The translations under genes were made by a program, and so were the position numbers. From Cellvibrionales bacterium UBA1854 (GTDB taxonomy: Bacteria > Pseudomonadota > Gammaproteobacteria > Pseudomonadales > Porticoccaceae): a DNA stretch of 64,000 nt. Positions 39,846 through 51,699 of the stretch are shown piece after piece. The notes beneath the pieces are model-generated. The model was not told the origin of the DNA. It did no database searches and worked only from the letters and a program-made list of their open reading frames with translations. The stretch is from the NCBI GenBank assembly GCA_002338445.1, contig DDII01000042.1, positions 5,023 to 69,022 of the forward strand, written 5' to 3'. Each line of letters starts with the position of its first letter. Position 1 is the first letter of the stretch.

Positions 39846-39911
39846 CCTTTATCTCCAATAAACCAGAAATGTCAGCACCCAATTTTGCCAAGGTTTGACT
39901 CTTCAATGATT

Positions 39912-41930
39912 TTAGGTTACTCGCTGTCCCGGAGAGGCTCCAATGTCAGGTTCAAGTAAATAGATACCGGTTTCTGAGCTTGCGGCAAGCACCATTCCAT
40001 GAGAAGTACCAAATCGCATTTTGCGAGGAGCTATATTCGCTATCATCAATGTAAGCCTACCTTCCAGTTGCTCAGGGCGATAAGCAGATTTTATACCTGA
40101 AAAGACTTGTCTTTTTTCCGTGCCGATATTCAATGTAAGTTTAAGTAACTTATCTGATCCTTGAACTGTCTCAGCTTTAATGATTTTTGCGATCCGGAGA
40201 TCCATTTTTTGAAATTCTTCAATGTTGACCTCTTCAACTGCTTTTAGGTTGACTACGGCCTTGATTTCAGTTGTTGATGTTTCGTTTGAATCGACACTAT
40301 TTGATGCTAGCATTGAATTGATTGATTTTTTGTCGATTCTTTTGAGCATAGGTGAGAAAGTTTCAATATGGTGATTTTTCAGTGGCTCAGTTATACCACT
40401 CCAATTTAATTCATCATTCAAAAATATCTCACTGGCTTTAGCTGTCTTGGGAAGGATCGGCTTTAGGTAGATCATGAGTATGCGGAACAAATTGATTCCC
40501 AATGAACAGATTTCTTGCACTTCTTGCTTGTTTCTCGGATCTTTATTTAATTTCCAAGGCTCAGACTCCGCGATGTATTCATTTATTGAATCTGCCTGAG
40601 CCATGATCAATCGAACTGCTCCACTAAAATCTCGATTTTCGTAAAGACTAGCAATCTTATCGGAAACACCCGATACCTTTTCCAAAAGTTTAGCATTATG
40701 GATCTTTGCAGACAAAACGCCAGCATTACCATGGGTTATAAATTTTGCGCATCTACTGGCAATGTTCACCACTTTCCCAACGAGGTCACTGTTGACTTTT
40801 TGAACAAAATCATCGAGATTTAAATCCACATCATCGATTGAGCGAGATAGCTTACTCGCGTAGTAGTATCGGAGATATTCGGGATTTAAATGTTCTAAAT
40901 AGCTTCTTGCATTTATAAAGGTTCCTCTAGATTTGGACATTTTGAAACCATTTATTGTTACAAAGCCATGCACCGCAATTTCGGTGGGTGTGCGGAAACC
41001 AGTGCTTTTGAGAATGGCGGGCCAAAATAAAGCGTGGAAATTGACTATATCTTTGCCGATAAAATGATAGAGCTCTGCAGTGCTTTCGGGGCTCCAGAAA
41101 GCATCGAAATTGATATCATGTTTTTTGCATAAAGCTTTAAAACTGGCCATATAACCAATTGGTGCATCAAGCCAAACGTAAAAATATTTATCTAATGTGT
41201 CTGGAATTTTAAAGCCAAAATAAGGAGCATCTCGACTTATATCCCAATCTTTCAGGCCATCGTTTAGCCACTCACGCAACTTATTAGACACCTCTGTTTG
41301 TAAATGTCTGTCCGAGGTCCAAGATTTCAAGTAATCAGTAAATTCTGATAGCTTAAAAAAATAGTGTAGCGATTCTTTATTAATAGGAGTAGTGCCAGAG
41401 AGGACTGATATAGGGTTAATTAATTCTGTGGCTTGATATGTAGCACCGCAGGATTCACAATTATCACCATACTGATCAAGCGCCTTACACCTGGGACACT
41501 GTCCTTTTATATAACGGTCTGCTAAAAAGATTTTTTTCTTCGAATCGTAAGACTGCACAACGGCTCTTTGAGTGATGTAACCTCGGTCGACTAAACGTTT
41601 GTATATTAAATTGACTAATGTTTTGTTTTCATCAGTATGTGTAGAGTGATAGTGGTCAACATTAATCAAGAAGTCAGAAAAGTCAGCTTCGTGGGATGCT
41701 TGCATTTTCTTTATGTGTTCTTCCGGAGAAATCTTTTGCTCGTCCGCTTTTAGCATTATTGCCGTGCCGTGCGCATCATCGGCACACACGTAGTAACAAT
41801 TGTTACCGCGTAATTTTTGGAATCGGGTCCAAATGTCTGTTTGCGTGTACTCAAGTATGTGCCCAAGATGCAAAGGCGCATTAGCGTATGGGAGCGCGCT
41901 GGTGACAAGTATGTTTCGGACAGCAGACAT
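39912..41930 (-). CDS. metG: Methionine-tRNA ligase with C-terminal tRNA-binding domain
   Basis: HIGH-type motif ([11 protein letters not shown]), KMSKS, zinc knuckle CPRC...CESC and a C-terminal EMAP/Trbp111-like domain. Met at 41930 matches canonical N-termini; the ORF opens at 41972. Confidence 0.95.
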   Translation of the reverse strand: MSAVRNILVTSALPYANAPLHLGHILEYTQTDIWTRFQKLRGNNCYYVCADDAHGTAIMLKADEQKISPEEHIKKMQASHEADFSDFLINVDHYHSTHTDENKTLVNLIYKRLVDRGYITQRAVVQSYDSKKKIFLADRYIKGQCPRCKALDQYGDNCESCGATYQATELINPISVLSGTTPINKESLHYFFKLSEFTDYLKSWTSDRHLQTEVSNKLREWLNDGLKDWDISRDAPYFGFKIPDTLDKYFYVWLDAPIGYMASFKALCKKHDINFDAFWSPESTAELYHFIGKDIVNFHALFWPAILKSTGFRTPTEIAVHGFVTINGFKMSKSRGTFINARSYLEHLNPEYLRYYYASKLSRSIDDVDLNLDDFVQKVNSDLVGKVVNIASRCAKFITHGNAGVLSAKIHNAKLLEKVSGVSDKIASLYENRDFSGAVRLIMAQADSINEYIAESEPWKLNKDPRNKQEVQEICSLGINLFRILMIYLKPILPKTAKASEIFLNDELNWSGITEPLKNHHIETFSPMLKRIDKKSINSMLASNSVDSNETSTTEIKAVVNLKAVEEVNIEEFQKMDLRIAKIIKAETVQGSDKLLKLTLNIGTEKRQVFSGIKSAYRPEQLEGRLTLMIANIAPRKMRFGTSHGMVLAASSETGIYLLEPDIGASPGQRVT

Positions 41931-42057
41931 TAAGGTTGATGGCCAGACTAAGAAAATAAGAACTTTAATCATATATAGTTTGAACTAAATTTTCATTTGT
42001 TATTCTTGCAAATATTGTTAGTTTATTAGAGGGAAATTATATTTTGCGGGGTGAATT

Positions 42058-42858
42058 TTGATTAATAATGTAAAAAGTGTTGTTGCAGTTGCTTCGGGTA
42101 AAGGCGGAGTAGGGAAGTCGACGGTTGCAGTTAATTTAGCTTTAGGATTATGTCATGGAGGCTACGAAGTAGGGCTTTTAGATGCGGACATTTATGGTCC
42201 AAGTATTGCTAAGATGCTTGGTGTAAATGAGGGTACACGTCCAGAATCTATTGATGGAAAAAAAATTTCACCCATAAAAATTTTTGGGTTAAGTACCATG
42301 TCAATGTCTTACCTTGTAACAGAAACGACCCCAATGGCGTGGAGAGGTCCTATGGCCTCGGGTGCTTTAAAGCAGATGTTACATTGTACCGACTGGGGGA
42401 CTCTGGATGTTCTTTTGGTAGACATGCCTCCAGGTACAGGTGATATTCAACTCACGCTCTCGCAACAAATAGCTCTCGCAGGAGTGATTATAGTAACAAC
42501 GCCTCAGGATATCGCTCTGTTGGATGCTAAGCGTGGAATTGAGATGTTTAGTAAAATGCATGTTCCTATTTTAGGAGTGGTTGAGAATATGGCAATGCAT
42601 GAGTGTAAGTTTTGTGGTCAGAGCCAAGAGATTTTTGGGACTGGCGGTGGGATAGCGATTGCCTCGGAGTACAACACCGTTTTACTTGGACAATTAGCAT
42701 TGGATAAGGATGTAAGGGAGTATGGTGATCGGGGCATACCGGTGATAGCAGCGGATGCAACAAGCAAAGCTGCCCTCGCTTGCATAAGCATGGCAGATTC
42801 AGTAGGAAGAATTCTTTCAAGTGGACAAAAAAATGAACCGGAGTTAGTTATAGACTAA
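42058..42858 (+). CDS. apbC: Fe-S cluster carrier ATPase ApbC/Mrp (short form)
   Basis: Deviant Walker A SGKGGVGKST and CxxC (CKFCG). Divergent from metG, as in E. coli. TTG start. Lacks the long N-terminal extension of E. coli Mrp. Confidence 0.88.
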   Translation: MINNVKSVVAVASGKGGVGKSTVAVNLALGLCHGGYEVGLLDADIYGPSIAKMLGVNEGTRPESIDGKKISPIKIFGLSTMSMSYLVTETTPMAWRGPMASGALKQMLHCTDWGTLDVLLVDMPPGTGDIQLTLSQQIALAGVIIVTTPQDIALLDAKRGIEMFSKMHVPILGVVENMAMHECKFCGQSQEIFGTGGGIAIASEYNTVLLGQLALDKDVREYGDRGIPVIAADATSKAALACISMADSVGRILSSGQKNEPELVID

Positions 42859-42950
42859 TTTAATTAGAAGATAAAACTTTCTGCGATCGATGGCTATCTA
42901 TGTCAGCTTTTATCGCCAGATTGATAGTATACTGCTTGGAGCAATAACGT

Positions 42951-43517
42951 ATGAGTATAAAGTCAGATAGGTGGATCAGAAAGATGGCCACAGAAATGGG
43001 AATGATAGAACCATTCGAAGGAAGGCAAATCAAAGATATCTCCGGTAATAAAGTTATATCCTACGGAGTATCAAGTTACGGATATGATGTTCGCTGTGCT
43101 GACGAATTTAAAATTTTCACTAATGTGCATTCCAAAACAGTTGATCCCAAGCGTTTTGACTCGGACGCTTTCGTCGACATCTCTGGTGACTTTTGTGTAA
43201 TTCCACCAAATTCCTTTGCATTAGCAAGGACTGTTGAATACTTCAGGATCCCCCGCACAGTGCTCACCATTTGTCTTGGAAAATCAACTTACGCGAGATG
43301 CGGAATCATTGTGAATGTGACCCCCTTAGAGCCTGAATGGGAAGGGCACGTGACTCTTGAGTTTTCAAATACTACCAATCTGCCGGCAAAAATATATGCT
43401 AACGAAGGGGTGGCGCAGATGGTGTTCTTTGAATCGGATGACCACTGTGAAATTTCTTATGCCGACCGAGATGGAAAGTATCAGAAGCAACGGGGGGTAA
43501 CACTTCCCAGAGCATAA
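42951..43517 (+). CDS. dcd: dCTP deaminase
   Basis: 188 aa. Begins MSIKSDRWI, with SSYGYDVR and the E-containing active-site region [11 protein letters not shown]. Confidence 0.93.
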   Translation: MSIKSDRWIRKMATEMGMIEPFEGRQIKDISGNKVISYGVSSYGYDVRCADEFKIFTNVHSKTVDPKRFDSDAFVDISGDFCVIPPNSFALARTVEYFRIPRTVLTICLGKSTYARCGIIVNVTPLEPEWEGHVTLEFSNTTNLPAKIYANEGVAQMVFFESDDHCEISYADRDGKYQKQRGVTLPRA

Positions 43518-43536
43518 GTGTTGAATGATTACCTAG

Positions 43537-44382
43537 TCAGGGATTTAGGAGCGCGTCCCTTAACTCTAACGCCTGCTGCTGCAGTTTTTGTGTGTTCTCG
43601 GGACCGGTTCGCAATAATTGCTTTTGGATTGGAGATAAGTTTTCAAGATCTGGGTCAGCAAATTGATAAAGAACGGACTCCTGTGACAATGCAATTGGTC
43701 GCGCTATTATCGGCGTGGATAGAATTTGCTCAATTGATTGCAAGATAATCCCATCCATTTGTCGAGAGCTGTAGCCCATTTCTGCAAAAGCGGCCTCTAA
43801 TAGTGGCCGGGTGGTATGAAATATTTCTGCTATTAATTCCATGTCTAAGCCTAATATGACACCAATGGTTTTGTTGTAACGCTCGTAATTCCCTGCATTT
43901 AAGAGAAGCTCATTACCAGTCTTATGGACAGTAAACTCTCCCTCAGGCGTATTTAAAGGGAAGATTTTACTTAATATAACTCCGCGTGATAAACCATCAA
44001 AATAGCTTGCAGCTCTTCGGAAGAGGTCATCTTTGGTGATCCATCGAATAAAAGATGAGTCCGACGAAATATTAGTCAAACTATCTCTTAAGAAAGAGTC
44101 ACTTTCATTTAGTGCTGGCAGAATTACTTGTTCTGCGACCGTTTCGTCGCTTCCCTTGGAAACTAACCCTGCAGTTGATATGGGAATTTTCGCTTCGGGA
44201 ATTATTGGCTCTTTAGGTATTGCGGGGGCGGTTGCATCCGTTTCGTCGGTGGAAACAGGCGAGGAATCCATATTTTCGGCTTGGTGGGTAACAAAGGCTA
44301 AAGTTGAAACCAAAACGGCGATAGTTATACACAGTAAAATGATATAGACATTTGATCTTTTTAAAAGATTGGAATTGTTCAT
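43537..44382 (-). CDS. Membrane-anchored conserved hypothetical protein (possibly DUF3014 family)
   Basis: 281 aa with a single N-terminal TM (VYIILLCITIAVLVSTLAFV). The family assignment is from memory of purN-downstream synteny only. Confidence 0.35.
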   Translation of the reverse strand: MNNSNLLKRSNVYIILLCITIAVLVSTLAFVTHQAENMDSSPVSTDETDATAPAIPKEPIIPEAKIPISTAGLVSKGSDETVAEQVILPALNESDSFLRDSLTNISSDSSFIRWITKDDLFRRAASYFDGLSRGVILSKIFPLNTPEGEFTVHKTGNELLLNAGNYERYNKTIGVILGLDMELIAEIFHTTRPLLEAAFAEMGYSSRQMDGIILQSIEQILSTPIIARPIALSQESVLYQFADPDLENLSPIQKQLLRTGPENTQKLQQQALELRDALLNP

Positions 44383-45152
44383 TTGTCACCCAGATTTTTA
44401 GCAATCATTTGCTCACCATTTATTACAGCATTCTGAATTAACATATCATAGGAGTCATTATTTTCTATTTGTTCCGATTTTACTAGAAAATATGTCCAGT
44501 TTTTTGCGAACCATAAAGTTGTGTGACGATTTTTGTTGTCCCGTTTTCTTGATAGAACTATTGTTTCAATTGATCCAAGTGGGGTTTCAATGGTTTCTTC
44601 ACCAACTTTTCGGTATTTATAAAGTTGTTTTTTTCCACGGTTAATGACAACGTATTCAAAAACAAATTTCCCTTCAACTAAATCGCGCTTCAATTGCAAA
44701 CGATGAGTGATAGTGTCGTAAGCATGGGCTGGCACAAAGACTTCCGTAACCTCCCCCTTCTTTTTATATACAACTTTATTTTCGCTCCATAAGAACGTTT
44801 GCTCCTCGTGACGAATTACTCCAAAAAAAGAACGTTTATCATATGAGTACAAGGGTATCAATTTACCATTGTCATCAAACTCATATCTCGATAATTGAGT
44901 TAAAGTGCCAAAAAGAGATGATGCATCTAAAATATCTTCATAGATGTTGTTGGCTAAAGAGACAGTTCTTTTCGCTTTTATTGGGATGCCATTGTACGTT
45001 GCCGTATATTCTGCAATCGTTTCGACTATCACCGCGTCTGAGGTTGACACATTACAGAGAATAGGGGTTGCGGCTAAAAAACTTAGAAGAAGCAGGAATG
45101 CTTTTTCCGTCGCACCGTACGCTGGGATCAAATTGATTAGTTTCAAGGGCAA
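44379..45152 (-). CDS. Secreted conserved hypothetical protein (possibly DUF3108 family)
   Basis: 257 aa with an N-terminal signal-like segment and beta-rich composition. Overlaps the purN stop, an arrangement I recall for DUF3108 genes downstream of purMN. Confidence 0.35.
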   Translation of the reverse strand: MPLKLINLIPAYGATEKAFLLLLSFLAATPILCNVSTSDAVIVETIAEYTATYNGIPIKAKRTVSLANNIYEDILDASSLFGTLTQLSRYEFDDNGKLIPLYSYDKRSFFGVIRHEEQTFLWSENKVVYKKKGEVTEVFVPAHAYDTITHRLQLKRDLVEGKFVFEYVVINRGKKQLYKYRKVGEETIETPLGSIETIVLSRKRDNKNRHTTLWFAKNWTYFLVKSEQIENNDSYDMLIQNAVINGEQMIAKNLGDK

Positions 45153-45835
45153 AATCCACCATCGTGTGTCTGACTAGTTTTATTGAATTGTTGTCCCATT
45201 TTGGGTAGCGGAATGCCATCAAAGATAGCGATTCCATTTTTCAGCGCTAAGCGCTTATCGCAAAACCACTGAACTGCCAATGGGAAGATAATGTGTTCCA
45301 TTTTAAGCACTCTCTTGGCTAATGATTCTGGACTTTCATCGGGATGAATTTTTATTTTTGCTTGGAGAATGTAAGGCCCGTCGTCGAGGTTCTCATTGAC
45401 GAAGTGCACTGTCGCGCCTGCTGAAGAATCGCCAGCCTCTATTGCTCTTTGATGAGTCTTCAACCCTTTATGTTTTGGCAGGAGTGAGGGATGAATGTTA
45501 ATTATGTTGCTGTGGAAGCGGCTCAAGAATATATTGCTCAGAATACTCATAAATCCAGATAAAAGAATTAACGTTGGGTTGAATTTTTCCACAGTTTTGG
45601 CAAGGGTAAGGTCAAACTCATCGCGATTGTTAAATTGAGTATGATCAAGAGTAATTGCGGGGATGCCAGCGAGTTTTGCCCTTTCTAAGCCAAAGGCATT
45701 CGCTCGATTGCTGATTACAGCGACAATTTCGGCGTTAAATTTTCCTGCATTTCGGGCATCTATTATTGACTGGAGATTAGTGCCACTACCCGAAATAAGA
45801 ATAACGATCCGATTTGTAGCATTATTTTTTACCAT
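45143..45835 (-). CDS. purN: Phosphoribosylglycinamide formyltransferase
   Basis: Motifs ILISGSGTNLQ, NIHPSLLP and GATVHFV. Follows purM. Confidence 0.93.
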   Translation of the reverse strand: MVKNNATNRIVILISGSGTNLQSIIDARNAGKFNAEIVAVISNRANAFGLERAKLAGIPAITLDHTQFNNRDEFDLTLAKTVEKFNPTLILLSGFMSILSNIFLSRFHSNIINIHPSLLPKHKGLKTHQRAIEAGDSSAGATVHFVNENLDDGPYILQAKIKIHPDESPESLAKRVLKMEHIIFPLAVQWFCDKRLALKNGIAIFDGIPLPKMGQQFNKTSQTHDGGFCP

Positions 45836-45837
45836 AT

Positions 45838-46887
45838 TTATGAACGCTCAAAACAGACTCTGACCTCTGATGTATCTGTTGTTTGGACATGTCCAATTAA
45901 AAATGGTTCCTCACCTGATTTTTTGAGCACTGTTAATGCTTGGTCGATGTCTCGGGGAGAAACACAAATTACCATGCCAATTCCACAATTGAATGTGCGA
46001 TACATCTCATGCATGTCAAGGTTTCCTTTCTGCTTTATCCATTCAAAAACTTTTGGTATTTCCCAAGAAGAACAATTTATTTTTGCTTTACTATTTGGTG
46101 GAAGAAACCTCGGTATATTTTCGAGTAGACCTCCACCGGTGATATGAGCGAGGCCATGAATTGGTACCTCTTTATGAAGCTTTAGCACTGATTTTACGTA
46201 AATTTTAGTTGGTGTCATCAGTAAATCGATGAGAGGGTTATTGTCAATATGCTCATTGAAAACAGGCGTTTCACATTCCTCTAACACTTTCCGAATTAAT
46301 GAAAAACCATTAGAATGGGGACCGCTAGATCGGAGCGCGAGGAGAGAATCGCCTGGACTCACTTTGCTCCCATCTATAATCTTGTTTTTCTCAACGACTC
46401 CGACGCAAAATCCTGCGAGGTCATAATCAGTTCCCCCGTACATTCCTGGCATTTCTGCTGTTTCTCCTCCAATTAACGCGCATCCTGAGAGCTCACAACC
46501 ATTCGCGATACTCTTGATAACAGATGCTGCGGTTCGTATATTTAACTTTCCTGTTGCGAAGTAATCTAAAAAAAATAGAGGTTCAGCGCCGGAGCAAATA
46601 ATGTCGTTAACGCACATTGCCACAAGGTCTACGCCAACGTTTTGGTGCTTTTCATATGTTGTAGCTAGTTTTAATTTTGTACCCACGCCATCTGCGCTGG
46701 ATACAAGAACAGGCTGGCGATATGAGGTAGGCATTTCGAAAAGCCCCCCAAAACCGCCAAGACCGGATAAAACCTCTGGTCTATTTGTCCGTGTTACCGA
46801 GTCTTTGATTTCTTCTATGAGTTGTGCCCCCGCATCAATATCGACCCCGGAATTTTTGTAGCTAAGAGATTGATTTTTATTGTTCAT
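45838..46887 (-). CDS. purM: Phosphoribosylformylglycinamidine cyclo-ligase
   Basis: Motifs [34 protein letters not shown] and AHITGGG. Confidence 0.95.
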   Translation of the reverse strand: MNNKNQSLSYKNSGVDIDAGAQLIEEIKDSVTRTNRPEVLSGLGGFGGLFEMPTSYRQPVLVSSADGVGTKLKLATTYEKHQNVGVDLVAMCVNDIICSGAEPLFFLDYFATGKLNIRTAASVIKSIANGCELSGCALIGGETAEMPGMYGGTDYDLAGFCVGVVEKNKIIDGSKVSPGDSLLALRSSGPHSNGFSLIRKVLEECETPVFNEHIDNNPLIDLLMTPTKIYVKSVLKLHKEVPIHGLAHITGGGLLENIPRFLPPNSKAKINCSSWEIPKVFEWIKQKGNLDMHEMYRTFNCGIGMVICVSPRDIDQALTVLKKSGEEPFLIGHVQTTDTSEVRVCFERS

Positions 46888-46972
46888 ATAGACTCATGGT
46901 ATTAAAAATACATTTATTTTAGGAGTAATAACCAAATTTTTCATCAATCTCTGGTATATTGATGTTGTTAAT

Positions 46973-48052
46973 GTGGAGATTAATTTGAAATCTTTCGCCT
47001 ACCTCATTTCTTTGTCTCTGACCTTGTTTTTTTATCCGTTAAGTATGGGAGAACAGGTCAATAACCTCTACAGTACAGAAGTTTTAATTCCCAATCAAAG
47101 CCGTCTCGCTAAAGAGCAAGGTTTACGGGATGCTTTACGAAAAGTGGTGGTCAAATTAACGGGGAATAGCAAGTTGGCCTCAGCAGATGAGCTTGTTGAG
47201 GCACTCAATAATCTTGATGATTACATCGAAGTGTGGGGTTATTCGGATGCGCCTGACACAACTTTGAATAACTCAGAAAAAATCGGTCTGAAAGTAAGTT
47301 TTTCTCCCACCGTTATGGAGAGATTTTTACGTGTTCAAAAATTTCCGCTTCTACCGTCGAATCGACCTTTGATATTGCTTTGGATATTAAGTGACGATCT
47401 GGAACTTGGACGTCAATTCGTTAACATTCAAACTCAGCCCAACATAGTGAATCTAGTGAAAAATAAGCTGGATCAGCGAGGTATCCCATTTGTATTTCCA
47501 AATTATGATCTTGAAGACGCTTTTGCTCTTCCCATCCAAAACGCTTGGCGACTAGATGCTGAAATTATTGCCGAGGCATCCCAAAGATATGAGAGTGATG
47601 TTTGGTTAATGCTGCGTTTTTACAAAACATCCACAGGTAAAATTCGAGGCGCATGGCTTTATCAAGCAGCGGGTGTCAGGAAATTAGGTGACTATCGGTC
47701 AGCCAATATTTCCGATTTTTTAAACGTTTCCTTAAACAAAATTATTGATGAGGTAGCTGATCATTACATCTTTATTCCTCAGACGGTACAAAATCGTGTG
47801 TTATTAACAATTAATGGGATTAGTTCCTATTCCGATTATAAAGAGTTAATAAGCAATCTTACGCGGCTGGAATTCGTAAAAAACATTCAAACTTCGGAAG
47901 TATATGCATCGAGAGTTTCAATTGCTGTTGATGTCGAGGACGAGGTTCACAGACTGTATAAGTCTCTATTGAGGAGCGGCACATTCCTTCCCGTTGTTTC
48001 TGAACAATCTTTTGATTCTGGTGAAATTGCACTGCGTTGGGTAAAAAAGTGA
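46973..48052 (+). CDS. Conserved hypothetical secreted protein (DUF2066-like by context)
   Basis: 359 aa with an N-terminal signal. Sits between divergent purM and hda, as I recall for Pseudomonas-type genomes. GTG start. Confidence 0.4.
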   Translation: MEINLKSFAYLISLSLTLFFYPLSMGEQVNNLYSTEVLIPNQSRLAKEQGLRDALRKVVVKLTGNSKLASADELVEALNNLDDYIEVWGYSDAPDTTLNNSEKIGLKVSFSPTVMERFLRVQKFPLLPSNRPLILLWILSDDLELGRQFVNIQTQPNIVNLVKNKLDQRGIPFVFPNYDLEDAFALPIQNAWRLDAEIIAEASQRYESDVWLMLRFYKTSTGKIRGAWLYQAAGVRKLGDYRSANISDFLNVSLNKIIDEVADHYIFIPQTVQNRVLLTINGISSYSDYKELISNLTRLEFVKNIQTSEVYASRVSIAVDVEDEVHRLYKSLLRSGTFLPVVSEQSFDSGEIALRWVKK

Positions 48053-48726
48053 GTCAGCTCAGCTTGGCTGTCGCGTTAGATACCGAAGCTACTTTCGAAA
48101 ATTTTTATGCTCCGTTTGGAACGCTTCAGCATACTGCAATGAAGTGTTTGTCGGAACGATCTGAGGAGTATATTTTTTTATCGGGTAATGCGGGGACTGG
48201 ATTATCTCATTTGCTGCAAGCTGCTTGTAAACTTGAAAGAGATTCAATCTATTTAAATTTGGGACTATTGGATGGTAATTCTACAGATAAAATTTTCGAC
48301 GGCTTGGAACAAATGTCTCTTGTATGTTTGGATGACATTCATATTATTTTATCAAACCAATGCAGGCAAAAAGCAATTTTCCACTTTTTTAACCGTTGCT
48401 CTGAAAACGGAACTCGTTTGGTCCTCGCCTCTCATAAAAGACTAAACTCAATAAATATTCGTTTTCCTGATTTAGTTACTCGGCTGAAGTCAGGAGTAGT
48501 GTTGCATTTCGAGGATTACAGAGATGATGATCTTCTAAACCTTATTAAATATAGAGCGACATTGATGGGATTAAATTTCACTCATGACTGGGCTGTTTAC
48601 ATATTTAACCGCACAAAACGGACTGCTGGTAGCGTAGTAGACGCTCTGAGGAAAATTGATCTTAAGGCTTTAACTGAAAAGCGACCGATTACATTACCCC
48701 TAATTAAGTCAGCATTAGATCTCTGA
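48049..48726 (+). CDS. hda: DnaA regulatory inactivator Hda
   Basis: Begins QLSL, like E. coli Hda (clamp-binding motif). AAA+ Walker A-like GNAGTGLSHLL and LVCLDDIH. GTG at 48049 overlaps the upstream TGA (GTGA). Confidence 0.85.
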   Translation: MSQLSLAVALDTEATFENFYAPFGTLQHTAMKCLSERSEEYIFLSGNAGTGLSHLLQAACKLERDSIYLNLGLLDGNSTDKIFDGLEQMSLVCLDDIHIILSNQCRQKAIFHFFNRCSENGTRLVLASHKRLNSINIRFPDLVTRLKSGVVLHFEDYRDDDLLNLIKYRATLMGLNFTHDWAVYIFNRTKRTAGSVVDALRKIDLKALTEKRPITLPLIKSALDL

Positions 48727-48743
48727 TCACTTGTCAAGTTTCC

Positions 48744-50591
48744 TCAAATAGGGCAGTCATGACAATAGAGGTAAAGCCCTCGGGGATCATTTAAATCGGA
48801 AGTCTTTATTATGTGATCGATAGTTAGGTCAATCGGGGCAACAGCCTTTGGATGGAAGACTTCATTAAGTGATAGCGCTTTCAATAACTGCAATCCATGT
48901 GCGCTAAAGCTTCTGACGAGTTGTTGAAACAGAGTGGTTGGCGATTCTTTAAATTCTATCTCGTACTGATCTAGTTTTGCGAGCTTTGCAGCAATTACAG
49001 TTGCATCCTTCAAGTCACCCAATTCATCAATTAGTCCGTATCTCAGAGCGTCTTCACCGGTCCAAACTTTTCCTTGAGCAATACTTGAAACATGCTCAGG
49101 CTCAAGGTTACGTCCACTTGAAACCAAGTTGATGAATCTGTCATAAATATTATTTACACTCAGTTGATAAAGAGCTTTTGCTTGGGATGTCATTGGTTGA
49201 TCGAGTTGCATAATGGACGCCATTGGCGATGTGTCTGGGCCATCTGAGTGGACGCCAAGGGAGGTAAGGCTTCTCGAGAAGTTTGGAATAACACTATAAA
49301 CCCCAATGGAGCCAGTGAGTGTTGTTGGCATTGCCAAGATCCTGTCAGCCTCTGCAGCTATCCAATAGCCCCCAGAGGCAGCGTAGCTTCCCATTGATAT
49401 GACTACTGGTATTTCTTTTGCCCTCACTGACGCGATAGCATCGCGTATTACCTCTGCTGCAAAGACCCCTCCGCCAGGACTGTCGATACGAAGAACTAAT
49501 GCAGATAAGCTCGGATCATCTCTCGACTGAGTGATAGCCGCTGCTAATGAATCACCACCAATTGTGCCAGGCGGCTGATGCCCATCTGAGATCGTTCCAA
49601 CTGCGGTTATTACTACTACTTTCTGTTGAGGACTTAATATTCTCCTAGAATTTTCTGAATCAATTTTGTTCAAATAATCATGATAACCTATACTATCCAT
49701 TTCGCCTTCAGGGTTGGTGATTAAATCCTCTAGATACTGTTTGGTCTCGGTACGAGATAATAACCGGTCGATCAGGCCTTTTGATTTGGCTAATTGCGCT
49801 GCGTCGCCGTTATGAGAATGCAAATGTATGTCCAATCGATTTGAGTAGTCTGCTACAGTTCCCGCGGGCAACTGTCTCAACTCTTCTATTTTTTCACAAT
49901 AAAACTGCCACAAGGAATCAATGAGTTTTTGACTTTGATTACGGGTTTCTGGTGACATTTTGTTAGATGTCAAAGACTCTGTGGCGCTTTTGAAGTTTCC
50001 CACTCGAAATACATGAACGTCAACTTTTAGTGTGTCTAAAGCTTCTCGAAAATAATTCCTGTATGCTCCGTAGCCAAATAACTGAACTGATCCAAGTGTA
50101 TTAAGAAAGATTTTATCCGCATGAGCCGCAAGAAAATATTGTTGTTGAGAGTAGTTATCGGCGAACGAAATGATTGGTTTTTTAGTCGCTTTGAAGCGCA
50201 AGAGCGCATTTCCGATTTCAGTTAATTTGCTTATTCCTCCATTCTCTAAGCTGTCTAAACTAAGTATTAGATGACTAATCCTACGGTCGTTTGCCGCAAC
50301 ATCGATTGCCCTTACCACGTCTCTTGTGAGAGTTTCTTGACGCTTCATAGCACTTTGGTCAAATATCTCTCCTATTGAATCAATACCTTTTTTTTGATCT
50401 ACTAGCTGACCTTCCAGCGTGACAATCAGTGCGCCTTGCTCGGGGACCGATATTCCTTGATTTGAAAATGCGGAAATGCCGAAAAAAATGATGATTATCA
50501 AAAGTGTCATCCCAAGTAAGGCCCTCACAAAGGTTACAACACCGTTGAAGAAATTGAGAATCTTTCTAAAAGCTGATTTCTTTCTCGTCAT
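48744..50591 (-). CDS. sppA: Signal peptide peptidase SppA (67K type, protease IV)
   Basis: 615 aa with an N-terminal TM and a duplicated ClpP/crotonase-like S49 domain (SMGSYAASGGYWIA). Confidence 0.88.
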   Translation of the reverse strand: MTRKKSAFRKILNFFNGVVTFVRALLGMTLLIIIIFFGISAFSNQGISVPEQGALIVTLEGQLVDQKKGIDSIGEIFDQSAMKRQETLTRDVVRAIDVAANDRRISHLILSLDSLENGGISKLTEIGNALLRFKATKKPIISFADNYSQQQYFLAAHADKIFLNTLGSVQLFGYGAYRNYFREALDTLKVDVHVFRVGNFKSATESLTSNKMSPETRNQSQKLIDSLWQFYCEKIEELRQLPAGTVADYSNRLDIHLHSHNGDAAQLAKSKGLIDRLLSRTETKQYLEDLITNPEGEMDSIGYHDYLNKIDSENSRRILSPQQKVVVITAVGTISDGHQPPGTIGGDSLAAAITQSRDDPSLSALVLRIDSPGGGVFAAEVIRDAIASVRAKEIPVVISMGSYAASGGYWIAAEADRILAMPTTLTGSIGVYSVIPNFSRSLTSLGVHSDGPDTSPMASIMQLDQPMTSQAKALYQLSVNNIYDRFINLVSSGRNLEPEHVSSIAQGKVWTGEDALRYGLIDELGDLKDATVIAAKLAKLDQYEIEFKESPTTLFQQLVRSFSAHGLQLLKALSLNEVFHPKAVAPIDLTIDHIIKTSDLNDPRGLYLYCHDCPI

Positions 50592-50949
50592 GACTCTCTC
50601 CGGGTAAAGATTTTATTTTTTGTTTACACCTCGCATGCGTCATTGCAGAAAGGAACAAAAGTATGACTATTATTAGCTCGACCAAATCAAGCGGATGAGC
50701 ATTAATACCAAAGACTTTTTCTGTTGCGATACAAAAATAAAGCAAAGTAACAAAGCACATCCATATAAATGTCCTTGTGTTTCCGCGTATGAGACCGCGA
50801 GTAAAAATAACTAATGGCAGGGAAAGCAGACAAAAAACCCAAGGAAGATCTTGTACAAGCGCACTAATCGGAATGATTAAAATCAGGGTGCCAAAGCACC
50901 AGAGTGTAAAATGCATCGATAAAGTCATAATAGTTTTAGTTTTCATCAA
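50566..50949 (-). CDS. Small polytopic membrane protein (DUF2069-like by context)
   Basis: 127 aa with four hydrophobic helices, downstream of wrbA. Confidence 0.4.
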   Translation of the reverse strand: MMKTKTIMTLSMHFTLWCFGTLILIIPISALVQDLPWVFCLLSLPLVIFTRGLIRGNTRTFIWMCFVTLLYFCIATEKVFGINAHPLDLVELIIVILLFLSAMTHARCKQKIKSLPGESHDEKEISF

Positions 50950-50955
50950 AGAGTG

Positions 50956-51537
50956 TCACATAAGCCTTTTTGTTAAACGGGCTATGGTTCTACCCTGCGT
51001 GCGGCAGATTTGCCGTTCTTCAGGTGACAATTCATCTGATTCTACATGTGAAGAGCCATAAGGTGTCCCGCCATGTTTTGTTTTGTTGAGCGCGGTTTCC
51101 GAATAAGGTACACCACACAAAATCATACCATGATGAAGAAGAGGAATCATCATAGATAGCAGTGTCGATTCTTGACCGCCGTGAAAACTTGAGGATGAAG
51201 TAAAAACACCGGCTGGTTTTCCAATTAAACCCCCGCTCAACCACACATCAGCCGTGGAATCGAAAAAATATTTTAATTCCGCAGCCATATTTCCGAAGCG
51301 TGTGGGGCTCCCAACTAAAAGTCCTGAACATTCAGCAAGGTCTGATTCCTTGCAATGTAAAGGGCCATCATAAGAATCCGCCACTGAGGTTAATTCGCCA
51401 TGTCTGTTGATGGTGGGAACAGTACGCAACCGAGCCTCCATCGCCTCAGATTCCACTCCCAGCCTCAACTGCTCTGCGAGTTTCTCTACGTGACCAAACC
51501 GACTATAGTATAAAATGAGTATATATGGGGGATTCAT
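50956..51537 (-). CDS. wrbA: NAD(P)H:quinone oxidoreductase, flavodoxin-like (WrbA family)
   Basis: ILILYYSRFGHVEKLAE flavodoxin-like N-terminus, GSPTRFGNM and HGGQEST motifs. Confidence 0.8.
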   Translation of the reverse strand: MNPPYILILYYSRFGHVEKLAEQLRLGVESEAMEARLRTVPTINRHGELTSVADSYDGPLHCKESDLAECSGLLVGSPTRFGNMAAELKYFFDSTADVWLSGGLIGKPAGVFTSSSSFHGGQESTLLSMMIPLLHHGMILCGVPYSETALNKTKHGGTPYGSSHVESDELSPEERQICRTQGRTIARLTKRLM

Positions 51538-51699
51538 AGGTTCTGCTTCGATTCTGATTTAATTGACGGTCTCGGCCTCCACGTTTTTAGTCAGCATTGC
51601 CCATTTAAAATGCGTCCTAGTAAGAAGTGCACTAATATACGATGTAAACGTTGTTGATGGAGCTATGATAGTAAACTTAGTCATAGTTTTTTTTAGGTT